Source: Ignisphaera sp.
Lineage (GTDB): Archaea; Thermoproteota; Thermoprotei_A; Sulfolobales; Ignisphaeraceae
Length of the DNA stretch: 21,270 bases
Assembly (NCBI GenBank): GCA_038889075.1
Contig: JAWAHS010000017.1
Coordinates: 9,483 to 30,752 of the forward strand
Direction of reading: 5' to 3'
In this document: positions 1-9,011 of the stretch, in pieces
Layout: every line of letters begins with the position of its first letter
Position numbering within the stretch: position 1 is the first letter of the stretch
Notes under the pieces: model-generated
Databases searched by the model: none
What the model was told of the DNA's origin: nothing
Seen by the model: the letters and a program-made list of their open reading frames with translations, nothing else
Made by a program: the position numbers and the translations under genes

Positions 1-609
1 ATCGGGAGCTGTTGAGATCTCGATAAGTGGTATACCAAGTCTATCCAAACCGTATACAACGCTACCTCCACTCTCTGAAATCTTCCTCGCAGCATCCTCC
101 TCAATAGCTATAGTCTGTATACCTATAGCACCCTCCTCATCAGAGACATAGCCACCGAGGGCAACAATCGCAGTTCGCTGAAAACCTGTCGTATTGGAGC
201 CATCGATAACGATCTTCCTCATAACGTGAACCTCATCAACAATCATGGAATTCATTGCACGCGCAACAGCAATGGCTATGGCGAGAGCCTCTCTATTGAG
301 TGGATGGGGAGGCTCTTCATCGAGTTCAACAAGGCACGAAGCACCTACAGGTGTAATGTATTCAAAGAGCCGCTGCCTCTGAAACTCAAATGCTGCTGCA
401 ATGTCGATTTCACCAAGCTCACTCCTAGTAGCTCTTAGAAACCTTGTAAATGACGGCGACTTCTTGAGAACCTCGTCACCAACGATAGATGTAGTACAGT
501 TGCAGAAGAGTTTGGATCTGGTATTCAACTGCTGGTGAATCTCGAGGCCAACCCTAAGCCCTAGAGCTCTATAATCAAACTTCTCTGGTACTTTGAGAGC
601 AGCTCTCAT
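1..609 (-). CDS. gatE: Glu-tRNA(Gln) amidotransferase subunit E, 5' part (runs off window start)
   Basis: Manual minus-strand translation from ATG 609 gives [38 protein letters not shown], the GatE/GatB N-terminal signature; '[17 protein letters not shown]' is GatE-type. Not in the ORF track because it is truncated. Confidence 0.93.
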   Translation of the reverse strand, partial: MRAALKVPEKFDYRALGLRVGLEIHQQLNTRSKLFCNCTTSIVGDEVLKKSPSFTRFLRATRSELGEIDIAAAFEFQRQRLFEYITPVGASCLVELDEEPPHPLNREALAIAIAVARAMNSMIVDEVHVMRKIVIDGSNTTGFQRTAIVALGGYVSDEEGAIGIQTIAIEEDAARKISESGGSVVYGLDRLGIPLIEISTAPD

Positions 610-734
610 ACCGGTTTACCAATCTCCTGCTTTATGTAGAAAAGGTTTTATGTTTTCAAAATCTATAGTATACCGTATTGGATGCTCCACAGAGCAGAGA
701 GATTCTAGCTAGCTGTAGGAAAAGCTTCTCCTAT

Positions 735-926
735 CTAGCTCTTAGATTTCACCGATGACGGTGGGACAACCACAGGTACTGGCAGACCTTGAACCCTTCT
801 CTGTGCTATCCAGTACTCACGTCTATTTCTTACACGTGGAACTAGATTTCTCTTCGGCCTCGGTGCTATCTTTGGCGTTTGACTTCTAACTTTTCCAGCT
901 TTTGTTAGCGATCCGTGGGATGGCAT
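735..926 (-). CDS. rps30e: 30S ribosomal protein S30e
   Basis: [20 protein letters not shown] is the S30e signature; ATG at 926 preferred over the ORF-track start at 935. Confidence 0.95.
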   Translation of the reverse strand: MPSHGSLTKAGKVRSQTPKIAPRPKRNLVPRVRNRREYWIAQRRVQGLPVPVVVPPSSVKSKS

Positions 927-1008
927 GTGAAACACCTTATTATATTGTATGGGCTGCAGAGCCTTTTAAACCTTTATAGCGCTACCTCTGGATCAGAAAC
1001 TAGCATAG

Positions 1009-1015
1009 TTTATAT
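1009..1015 (+). promoter_or_regulatory. Putative TATA box for nop5 in the divergent rps30e/nop5 intergenic region
   Basis: TTTATAT about 33-40 nt upstream of the nop5 start; further AT boxes at ~964-978 could serve rps30e. Confidence 0.45.
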
Positions 1016-1047
1016 TCCTCCAGTGGTACTCTCTCTATAGGTGTAGT

Positions 1048-2280
1048 GTGATGAGCGGTAGGATATTTATAGCTGATACAGCGCTAGGTATATTTGCGCT
1101 AGATGAAGCCGGGGAAATAGTTGAGAAGGTACTGTATCCAAAGGATATAGGTAGGGTTGTAGAGGAGCTCCTACCTCTAGCTGAGGGTAGGGTCAGTAGC
1201 TCTATGCTGCAGCTAATAGAGATCCTGAAGACGAAGATTGATTTAGGGAAATCGACCCTGGTTTTCGAGGACCCTGATATAGCTAGGGAGGTAGCTCAGA
1301 AGGGTTTTTCAACAGATGTTGCTATAGCAAGCGAGCCTGTATATAGATTGCGTAGAGATTTGGCAGGGCTAGCTGTAAAGCTCGGTCTGTTTAAGGATGA
1401 ACAGGAGTTTCTAGAGTATATACATACAGTATCCCTAGAGCTTACGAGGAGGAAGCTCAGAAGGTATGCTCAGAAGAGGGATCTCTTAGCAGTTCAAGCA
1501 ATTAGAGCTATAGATGATATCGACAAGACTCTCAATCTACTTGCGACTAGGTTAAGGGAATGGTACAGTGTTCACTTCCCAGAGCTCGACGATCTGTCTA
1601 AGGAACACGATGAGTACGTTAAGATCGTTGCAGATATAGGTTTTAGAGAGGCTATGTCTGTAGAGGCTTTAACGAAGCTGGGTCTTTCCGAGGGCAGGGC
1701 TAAGAGGGTGTATGAGACGGCTAGAAAGAGTATAGGTGCAGATCTCTCTGAAATGGATATGTCTATAATACAGACGGTTGCAAACATATGGAGGGAGCTC
1801 TATGAGCTTAGGGAGAAGCTGACGGACTATATAACGCACGTTATGAAGGAGGTAGCACCAAATATATCAGCCTTGGTAGGCCCCCTACTCGGTGCAAGGC
1901 TGCTGAGTCTAGCTGGTAGTCTTGAGGAGCTGGCAAAGCTTCCAGCAAGTACGGTACAGGTGCTTGGTGCTGAGAAGGCTCTATTTAGAGCTCTAAGGAC
2001 TGGTGGCAGACCTCCGAAGCATGGAGTGATCTTCCAGTTTCCTGAAATTAGGAAGGCACCTAGGTGGCAGAGGGGTAAGATATCAAGGGCTCTGGCTACA
2101 AAGCTATCAATAGCTGCTAGAATAGACTTCTTTACTGGAAGGTATGTCGGTGACGAGCTTAGAGCTAAGCTTATGGAGAGGATTGAGGAGGTTAGGCAGC
2201 TGTATCCAAAGCCTCCGAAGAAGGAGGCTAGGGAAGCGAGGCCACCTCGTAGAGAAGGTAGAAGGGAGAGGAAGCAGTAG
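1048..2280 (+). CDS. nop5: C/D box methylation guide RNP subunit Nop5 (Nop56/58)
   Basis: Nop domain motifs LREWYSVHFPEL, PASTVQVLGAEKALFRAL and PPKHGVIFQ; basic C-terminal tail; directly upstream of fibrillarin. Confidence 0.96.
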   Translation: MMSGRIFIADTALGIFALDEAGEIVEKVLYPKDIGRVVEELLPLAEGRVSSSMLQLIEILKTKIDLGKSTLVFEDPDIAREVAQKGFSTDVAIASEPVYRLRRDLAGLAVKLGLFKDEQEFLEYIHTVSLELTRRKLRRYAQKRDLLAVQAIRAIDDIDKTLNLLATRLREWYSVHFPELDDLSKEHDEYVKIVADIGFREAMSVEALTKLGLSEGRAKRVYETARKSIGADLSEMDMSIIQTVANIWRELYELREKLTDYITHVMKEVAPNISALVGPLLGARLLSLAGSLEELAKLPASTVQVLGAEKALFRALRTGGRPPKHGVIFQFPEIRKAPRWQRGKISRALATKLSIAARIDFFTGRYVGDELRAKLMERIEEVRQLYPKPPKKEAREARPPRREGRRERKQ

Positions 2281-2344
2281 CAATCCATGGTGCTATACAA
2301 ATTTATACTCTATTAGAATATAGATAGGTATAGAGGTGTGTAGT

Positions 2345-3055
2345 GTGTCGTTCGCATCTATAGCTAGGCTCTATGAACACGATAGGTATAGAGGTGTCTA
2401 TGTCGTAGAGCTAGAGGATGGAAGCACAAGGCTAGCAACAAGGAATCTAACACCTGGTAAAAGAGTATATGGAGAGCATCTATTTAGAGTTGGAGAGAAT
2501 GAATACCGGGAGTGGAATACATATAGAAGTAAGCTAGCAGCAGCCCTAGTTAAGGGTCTAAAGGAGCTGCCCGTAAAGGAGGCTCAGAGGATCCTATACC
2601 TAGGAGCGGGTTCTGGTACCACCGTTAGCCATATATCGGATATAGTCGGTTTGATGGGTAGGTTATATGCTGTTGAGTTTGCCCCAAGGGTTATGAGGGA
2701 ACTTATAGTTGTTGCAGATGATAGGAGGAATATAATACCAATTCTAGAGGATGCAAGGCTACCGAGAAGATACAGATTCATTGTTGAGGAGGTCGACGGA
2801 CTCTATGCGGATGTAGCCCAGCCTGAGCAGGCATCTATCGTGGCGGACAACGCCAGCATGTTTCTCAGGGATGGCGGATGGCTTCTACTTGCAATAAAGG
2901 CTAGGAGTATAGATGTGACAGCAGAGCCTAGTGAGATATACAAGCATGAAATGAATGTACTGCAGTCTAGGGGATTTGAAATAGTCGATGTTGTACACCT
3001 AGAGCCATTCGATAGAGATCATGCAATGGTCTATGCGGTGTATCATAGAAGATAG
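2345..3055 (+). CDS. flpA: Fibrillarin-like rRNA/tRNA 2'-O-methyltransferase
   Basis: [41 protein letters not shown] and IKARSIDVT motifs. Start uncertain (GTG 2336 or GTG 2345 after a GAGGTG RBS). Confidence 0.96.
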   Translation: MSFASIARLYEHDRYRGVYVVELEDGSTRLATRNLTPGKRVYGEHLFRVGENEYREWNTYRSKLAAALVKGLKELPVKEAQRILYLGAGSGTTVSHISDIVGLMGRLYAVEFAPRVMRELIVVADDRRNIIPILEDARLPRRYRFIVEEVDGLYADVAQPEQASIVADNASMFLRDGGWLLLAIKARSIDVTAEPSEIYKHEMNVLQSRGFEIVDVVHLEPFDRDHAMVYAVYHRR

Positions 3056-3134
3056 CTCTTAAAAGAATTCAAGATCCGGACAATAAAGTTTTTGACCCTC
3101 GAAATGCCATATCTATGTGAAGTGGGTATAGTAA

Positions 3135-4151
3135 ATGCTTCACATAGATGCAGAGGGTGTAGAACACAGCAGTAGGAGTTCTGCAGATGAGGATTCTACA
3201 CTACATCCTCTACTAAGCTCTGGTATAAGGATTCTGCACAAGGTATCCTTCCCAATAAGGGAGAGGAAGAGTGTGGACTACATAGCTATGCACGAACGGG
3301 ATAAGATCCTCCTAAAGATAGAGAGGAGGATCTCTAGTAGAGATAGGGTGTTTCAGGAGCTGAAGAAATTGAGTAGAGCATTAAATGTAAATGCTCTACT
3401 TATTGCAGATAGATTCAACAGTGAGGAGGTTCTAGAGGACGTTCTGTACATTAGGGATAGGATTGGCTTGGTATCCAGGGAGACTCTGGATAATGTTGCG
3501 AGGGGTAAGAGGATATACATATACGAGTACAGCGGTATGTACTATGTGAAGATAAATGGAGGGAAGCTACATAGGCTTAGGGTAAAGATGGGCTACAGCC
3601 TCCACGAGCTGGCAAACACTGTTGGGATATCTTCAAAAGCTCTTCAGAAGTATGAGGAGGATGAAATGGATATGTCTGCTGAACGTGCATATAGATTTAT
3701 GGAGGTATTTGGAGAGCTGTTCGAAGATGTTGTGCGGAGTATCGATATATTTAGGGATAGGATAGTAAGGTCGGAGCCTAGAGCTTCTGCACAGGATAGG
3801 TATAGGGATGCGGAGCCGGGTGATAAGAGGTATAAGCTTGCAGTAAAGCTCTCTGATCTTGGGATAAGTGCAGAGGTATTCAATACGCTACCTACAGATA
3901 TACTTATACAGCTTGACGATACGAAGGTGTTCATAACGTATATAAACGGTAGGTACAGTGGAGCTTCGGTGGAGCTTAAGTGTAGGGATAACAGCTCTTT
4001 TGCAAGAACATTTAACGGTGTGGCGATTTCCGTTATAGATAGTGCACAGGATAGGGAGAGTGTAGATATTGCTGAGAGTATTGGGGAGGTCAGGGTTCTA
4101 TCCAGTATAGAGGATTTTGTAAGGGAGCTGGCTAGAACTCTGAGGAGATAG
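3135..4151 (+). CDS. Archaeal Cro/XRE-type HTH transcriptional regulator (COG1395-like)
   Basis: Central HTH LHRLRVKMGYSLHELANTVGISSKALQKYEE preceded by GMYYVKING; usual position downstream of fibrillarin in crenarchaea. Confidence 0.8.
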   Translation: MLHIDAEGVEHSSRSSADEDSTLHPLLSSGIRILHKVSFPIRERKSVDYIAMHERDKILLKIERRISSRDRVFQELKKLSRALNVNALLIADRFNSEEVLEDVLYIRDRIGLVSRETLDNVARGKRIYIYEYSGMYYVKINGGKLHRLRVKMGYSLHELANTVGISSKALQKYEEDEMDMSAERAYRFMEVFGELFEDVVRSIDIFRDRIVRSEPRASAQDRYRDAEPGDKRYKLAVKLSDLGISAEVFNTLPTDILIQLDDTKVFITYINGRYSGASVELKCRDNSSFARTFNGVAISVIDSAQDRESVDIAESIGEVRVLSSIEDFVRELARTLRR

Positions 4152-4160
4152 GTGTAGAAA

Positions 4161-4730
4161 ATAGTACTGGTTGCTCTAACAGGTAGACCCGGTGTCGGTA
4201 AGAGCACAGTCTTTATGAGGGTTGTCCAGGAGCTGGACTCCCTAGGCTATAGAGTATACGGCTTCTACTGCCCCGAGGTTAGAGAGCATGGAAGGAGGAT
4301 CGGGTTTAGGATAGTCGATATTAGAAGTGGTGTATCTGGATGGCTTGCTCTGGAGCTATCAAAGGCTCAGCAGATGGGGTATGGAAGCAGTGGTAGGAGG
4401 GTAGGGAAATACGTTGTTATAGAGAGTGAGGCTGAGAGAATAGGTGTAGCAGCTCTATCGAAGCCGCCCATGGAGGGATCTGTTCTTGGAATAGATGAGG
4501 TGGGTCCTATGGAGCTATCCATAGCCAGGCTACGTCTAGAGATTATAAGAGCACTAGAATATGCTGTGAGAGGCATTGTGGTTATCCACAGGAATCTCAG
4601 TGACGTTGAGGTAGCTGGTGTACTTAGGAGAAGAGGGTTTGATGTAGTTAACGTTACGGAGGCGAATAGAGACAATCTACATAGGGAGATAATTAGAAAA
4701 TTTATACAGAGCCGCGATGCTGTTAACTGA
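4161..4730 (+). CDS. Nucleoside-triphosphatase (NTPase_1/THEP1 family)
   Basis: In-frame LTGRPGVGKST Walker A (4176-4208) upstream of ATG 4215; GFYCPEVRE-GRRIGF, VGKYVV and Walker B IDEVGPMEL. Start inferred as non-canonical (see findings). Confidence 0.88.
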   Translation: MVLVALTGRPGVGKSTVFMRVVQELDSLGYRVYGFYCPEVREHGRRIGFRIVDIRSGVSGWLALELSKAQQMGYGSSGRRVGKYVVIESEAERIGVAALSKPPMEGSVLGIDEVGPMELSIARLRLEIIRALEYAVRGIVVIHRNLSDVEVAGVLRRRGFDVVNVTEANRDNLHREIIRKFIQSRDAVN

Positions 4731-4736
4731 CTGAAA

Positions 4737-5966
4737 ATGGTCTGTCCAAACGGCTACATACTAGCTGTTGAAGGTCTTGCTAAGATATGTATTCCGGATC
4801 CCAATCTGTATAGGAGGGAGGATGGTCTATACGAACCATCGTGGGCACCGGTATTCTACAATCCTAGAATGGTTGAGAATAGGGACATCTGCGTAGCGGT
4901 ACTAAGGGTAGAGCTGGGAAGAGGTAGATGTACAGCTGTAGTGGATCCCCTTGCTGCTACAGGTGTAAGGGGTATAAGGATAGTATTGGAGGCTGGACTA
5001 CCTAAAGGAGCAACCGTTTATATGGGTGATATATCCCCGGATGCCATCGAGATTATGAAGCGTAATATAGAGTTAAACGGTGTAGTGGAGGGAGTTTGTG
5101 TAAGGCATGCCGATGCTAACGAGCTTATGCACCAGCTAGCTAAAAGAGAGGGTGTAGCAATTAGCTATATAGATATAGATCCTTTCGGTAGCCCTGCCCC
5201 CTTTACACACACGGCACTAGATTGCGTTAAGAGATATGGTGTAGTTGCACTAACGGCAACGGATCTAGCGGTTCTCGAGGGTAGGTATAGGGATAAGCTG
5301 CTTAGGAGATACGGTGTAGTGGGTACTAGGGTATTACAGTCAAGGGATATAGCATTAAGGGTTCTACTATCGTTTGTTATGAGGATTGCTGCTGTATACG
5401 ATAAGTATATCGAGCCACTGCTATCCTACGCTATGAACCACTATGCAAGAGTCTATGTTAGAGTATCTAGAGGAGGTACGAGAGCGGGTGAGGTTCTCGA
5501 TAGCTGTCTGGGAGCTGTACGATGCTGTAGCAGATGTGGATACTACTATATGCACCGTATTGAAGATACTGTGGATAGAGCTGCACGGTGTCCAGTATGT
5601 GAAGGGAAGCTGGAACCGATATACCCTGTATGGATATGCCCTACATCAAGTAGCGAGTATCTTGCAGAACTCGTGGAGATCGCCAAAGGGATGCATTGGT
5701 TGAGGGAGAGCTCTAGACTGCTACTGGGGGGCATCTACAGAACGTCTATGCAAAATGCATTAACAGCTAGACTAACATATATAGCCAAGGCCATTAAGAC
5801 GGATACGCCACCTGTTCAAAGCATTATAGATTGTCTTATACAAAAGGGGTTTACAGCAGCGAGAAGCTATACATATAGTGATGGAGTTGTAACAAGCGCT
5901 CCAATAGATGATGTAGTGGAGTGTGTAAGGAGTAGAGCACTAGGTAGATCTATGGATAGAAGTTAG
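4737..5966 (+). CDS. trm1: tRNA (guanine-26,N2)-dimethyltransferase
   Basis: APVFYNPRMVENRD, DPLAATGVRGIR, IDIDPFGSPAPF, LTATD and a CxxC...CxxC zinc motif. Confidence 0.93.
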   Translation: MVCPNGYILAVEGLAKICIPDPNLYRREDGLYEPSWAPVFYNPRMVENRDICVAVLRVELGRGRCTAVVDPLAATGVRGIRIVLEAGLPKGATVYMGDISPDAIEIMKRNIELNGVVEGVCVRHADANELMHQLAKREGVAISYIDIDPFGSPAPFTHTALDCVKRYGVVALTATDLAVLEGRYRDKLLRRYGVVGTRVLQSRDIALRVLLSFVMRIAAVYDKYIEPLLSYAMNHYARVYVRVSRGGTRAGEVLDSCLGAVRCCSRCGYYYMHRIEDTVDRAARCPVCEGKLEPIYPVWICPTSSSEYLAELVEIAKGMHWLRESSRLLLGGIYRTSMQNALTARLTYIAKAIKTDTPPVQSIIDCLIQKGFTAARSYTYSDGVVTSAPIDDVVECVRSRALGRSMDRS

Positions 5967-6003
5967 AGTGGTTGCCCGTGTCCGTTAGCTAGGTTTTTTG
6001 GCT

Positions 6004-6241
6004 GTTTTTGGTTTTTCTGGACACGGGTTAATCCCACCTGTTTATCCCCTTTCTCCCCGCCTACGGCTCCAGGGGGCCGCCGGGATTCCCAGAACCATCG
6101 GCGAAGAGCAGTTCACAGAGCCTCGTCCCTCGCCAACAACTCACCGGCTCACAGGCTCCCAGCTACTAGAACACGTAGATGCTTATATGCCTTTACGTCG
6201 AACCCATGGAAATAACTCAAATAACCAGAAAAACCAAAAAC
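6004..6241. repeat. Perfect 17-bp inverted repeat (6004-6020 GTTTTTGGTTTTTCTGG / 6225-6241 CCAGAAAAACCAAAAAC)
   Basis: Direct reverse-complement comparison; the arms enclose a GC-rich core. Confidence 0.85.
6072..6160 (-). ncRNA. Candidate structured small RNA (long GC/GU rod), family not recognised
   Basis: Minus strand GGGAGCC..GCCGG..GAGUUGUUGGCGAGGG pairs with CUCUUCGCCGAUGGUUC..CCGGC GGCCCCC; the many G-U pairs work only on the minus strand; TATA-like ATATAAG lies ~22-28 nt upstream; locally high GC. Confidence 0.45.
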
Positions 6242-6425
6242 TAAACAACATACAGACAGTCCAGCTCAAGTGTATCACTAGGTAGACTATTGTGTATCTG
6301 AGAAGCATCTTGCAATTTATTGATGTTGCCGAGCTTCATAGCTAAATGCATACACTCTTATTAGCCTACACAGAGTATATCTACTAGACACAGCTGCACA
6401 TTAATGGCTGCAAGGTTAGTGGATC

Positions 6426-6839
6426 ATGGAGAGCGCAACCCGTCTTAGCGATGAAGAGGTGCTCGTCTACAACATCATTAAGCAGGAGACGAGAGTGTCT
6501 GGAGGGATACTCCAGTCGAAATTGAGGGAGAGGGATGAGCTCAGATCTATACAGTCGAGAAGGCTATATACAATAGTGAATAAACTTGCTAGAGCTAACC
6601 TCATTAAGAGAATAGCCATAAACGACAATGGTCAGACAGCATACCTTCTACAGGCAATCGATCAGCGTAATCAGATTGGAGAGCAGCGGATATCCATTCC
6701 AGATTCGGAGATCTTTGCAATACCATGTAACGGCTGTAGAAATCTCTATATGTGTGGCGAGGGGAGGGTCTACAACCCTCTAAAGTGTCCATACCTGACA
6801 AGATTCCTAATGGAGAGAGCATACACTGTAAAGACCTAG
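6426..6839 (+). CDS. tfeB: TFE beta subunit / RPC34(C34)-like protein (winged helix + 4Fe-4S domain)
   Basis: N-terminal wHTH (GGILQSKL...IVNKLARANLIKR) and C-terminal IPCNGCRNLYMCGEG...PLKCPYL four-Cys motif; located between trm1 and tfb as in Sulfolobales. Confidence 0.85.
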   Translation: MESATRLSDEEVLVYNIIKQETRVSGGILQSKLRERDELRSIQSRRLYTIVNKLARANLIKRIAINDNGQTAYLLQAIDQRNQIGEQRISIPDSEIFAIPCNGCRNLYMCGEGRVYNPLKCPYLTRFLMERAYTVKT

Positions 6840-6970
6840 CTACAATCGTGTAGCCAACCTCCACTCTAACTAAACTTGCTTGGTAATCTATAGTAGCGAT
6901 CTTCAGATCAACTCTATATTACATTGAGGATATACAGAATTTGCATATTTGTTCTTTCTCTTTAGGCGAT

Positions 6971-7837
6971 CTATATGTATACCGTTATGGTTAGTTTATC
7001 GAGTATATCTCTGTATCGGTTCCTTATAGTTACCTCTGTAACATTTGCTGCCTGGGCTACCTGTCTCTGGGTCTTCTTCTCATCGAGGATTATGGAGGCT
7101 ATATATACAGCTGCTGCAGCTATACCAGCCGGATCCTTACCCTCTGTCAGTCCATTTCTTTTAAGAACATCGATTAGCTTGGCTGATAGCATGTAGACCT
7201 GCTGGCTTAGACCTAGATTAGATACTATTTGGGGGATGAATTTGCGTGGATCGATGTATGCTTTAAATTCGCTTAGATCTACCTTAAAGTGTATCTCTGA
7301 TATCAGTTTCCAGTACTCCTCTTCATCTATATTAAATCTAGCTATAACTTCCCTAATCCTGATGGGAATTCCGTGCTTTCTAGCTGCTAGTACTATCGAT
7401 GCCGCTGCTAGCATCTGTAGCCTATTTACCTTCGGCTGTAGGATTGCGAATACCTTTCTAAGTATTATTGCAGCCGTCTCCTTAACTTGATCTGGTATAC
7501 TGAGATAGGCACATATTTGGTTGAGGTGTGTAAGTGCTTCAACAATCTTCCGCTCAGCTCTATTTACACGTATCTTCCTCTGGAGCAGAGCCAGCTTTCT
7601 ATTTTTAATCATCTCCCTATATCTACGAACAGAGAGATCTATCTCTGTAGAGAGACCTGAGTCGTGGACTGCATGTGTTATTACATTGGTGTGTGCTCTT
7701 CTGTTCCACTCATCAGAGGTATAGGCTCTCCAGTCAGGTCCTAGGGAAACCCTATCCTCATCAACAACCTCACCAGTATCAGCACAGATAACCTCACCTC
7801 TCTCCTGATCAACAACGAGCTCGTTACAGCTCACCAT
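6971..7837 (-). CDS. tfb: Transcription initiation factor IIB (TFB paralogue)
   Basis: RGEVIC...GPDWRAY B-reader, two cyclin repeats, GKDPAGIAAAAVYIAS and TQRQVAQAANVTEVTIRNRY HTH. Confidence 0.95.
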   Translation of the reverse strand: MVSCNELVVDQERGEVICADTGEVVDEDRVSLGPDWRAYTSDEWNRRAHTNVITHAVHDSGLSTEIDLSVRRYREMIKNRKLALLQRKIRVNRAERKIVEALTHLNQICAYLSIPDQVKETAAIILRKVFAILQPKVNRLQMLAAASIVLAARKHGIPIRIREVIARFNIDEEEYWKLISEIHFKVDLSEFKAYIDPRKFIPQIVSNLGLSQQVYMLSAKLIDVLKRNGLTEGKDPAGIAAAAVYIASIILDEKKTQRQVAQAANVTEVTIRNRYRDILDKLTITVYI

Positions 7838-7840
7838 CCA

Positions 7841-8122
7841 TCACCTGCGGACTCTCCTATCCCTATCCTCCGACTTTCTAGATCTGTAGAAGAGTACTGT
7901 GGAGGGTTTTAGCATTGATAGAATAGATAGCTTTACAGGTCTTAAAACTGCAAAAGGGGATGTAACTGGTCCAACTATATCCACAACCCTCCCTATATAC
8001 TCGTTATTTGCATCAACGACACTGTCGCCAATCCTCGGTATCTTTTCGGGATCATCTATCTTTGCAATAATTAGATTAGACTTCGTTACAGTATATACAG
8101 ATCCGAGGAGGCGAAGCTTCAA
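7841..8122 (-). CDS. gar1: H/ACA RNP protein Gar1
   Basis: PRIGDSVVD...IGRVVDIVGPVTSPFAVL motif; directly upstream of tfb; TTG start at 8122 after a GTGGTG RBS. Confidence 0.85.
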   Translation of the reverse strand: MKLRLLGSVYTVTKSNLIIAKIDDPEKIPRIGDSVVDANNEYIGRVVDIVGPVTSPFAVLRPVKLSILSMLKPSTVLFYRSRKSEDRDRRVRR

Positions 8123-8365
8123 AAGTAACACCACAAAAACCCTTACGCACAACACAGGCTTAAAATATATGTGTTAGGTAATACTTTAAAACTTTAAGTA
8201 AAGTACTTGGAATTGCTAAAATATTGCATATGGCTATAGCTAGACCATAGTCTTTATAAAGATGGTGTAGTAGAAGCTACTTAGATATTTTAAATTTTTC
8301 ACGATGCATCGTCTCCATAAATATTGGAAATGCACTCTGAATCAGCGTTGTAGCCCTATGCATTC

Positions 8366-8932
8366 TTATCTATTTGGAGCAAGGTTGTGTTTTTCTAGAA
8401 TCATCTCCAGATAGGATTTGGATATGAGTTGTTTTGGTAGGTTTAGGGTGTCCAGTATTTTAGCTAACATTTCTCTGAACTCCTCTATGGAGTTGGCATT
8501 CTCTATCTCAATTTCTACAAATTTTCCAAGATCTCTAACATCATCTAGGAATATCTTTGCTACTCCATATCTATATATCTTTCTCCTCTTGTATACCGTT
8601 ATGTATTTTGTAAAACCTAGCTCTCTAAATATCTCTAGCAGTCTGTGTCCATCATCTATAGCTACTGTTATCTCGGTTCTAACCTTTAGATCCTTTGTTT
8701 TTCTGGGACCTTTGTATGTAACCTCATACCTCCCCCTATCGGAGGTTGCAGCTCTGTATATTCTTATCCTCAGCGCTATATCCCTGGACACCATGTCTAT
8801 ACATGGGCTTAGATCGATGTATATATCCTCCTCCTCGGTTGCGTCTACAATGTGTGCACCTATAGCCCGTAGTCTTCTCTCAATTTCATCGAGATCCTCT
8901 ACCTCTACCTTAGCCTCGTACTCTATAGCCAA
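8366..8932 (-). CDS. cyaB: CYTH-domain protein (class IV adenylate cyclase-like / triphosphate tunnel metalloenzyme)
   Basis: EYEAK (ExExK), ALRIR, TYKGP, KRRKIY, LDDVRDLGKFVEIE and KSYLE motifs. Confidence 0.88.
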   Translation of the reverse strand: MAIEYEAKVEVEDLDEIERRLRAIGAHIVDATEEEDIYIDLSPCIDMVSRDIALRIRIYRAATSDRGRYEVTYKGPRKTKDLKVRTEITVAIDDGHRLLEIFRELGFTKYITVYKRRKIYRYGVAKIFLDDVRDLGKFVEIEIENANSIEEFREMLAKILDTLNLPKQLISKSYLEMILEKHNLAPNR

Positions 8933-9011
8933 CTACGTACACCAATCTCTTTTTAAATATCTAAAGCTTTTATTTGCTACTATAGCTACTATGCCTCTGA
9001 AGGGTTAGTAT

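Noticed and set aside
226-438. 70-aa plus-strand ORF
   Set aside because: Antisense shadow of gatE with no recognisable motif.
3788-4055. TGCACAGGATAGG repeated within the HTH gene
   Set aside because: Short in-frame repeat (AQDR twice) explained by codon bias.
6030-6205. RNase P RNA, SRP RNA, tRNA or group II intron fragment
   Set aside because: No GAGGAA-type P4 strands, no SRP helix-8 motif, the minus-strand GGTTCGA has no T-stem or cloverleaf, and no intact domain V.
5998-6285. 95-aa ORF across the trm1/TFE-beta gap
   Set aside because: TTG start inside a T-run, atypical composition and low-complexity N/Q/K tail; better explained by the repeat and RNA structure.
6838-6855. GCTACA-ATCG-TGTAGC hairpin after the TFE-beta stop
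   Set aside because: Only a 6-bp stem without a U tract; too weak to call a terminator.
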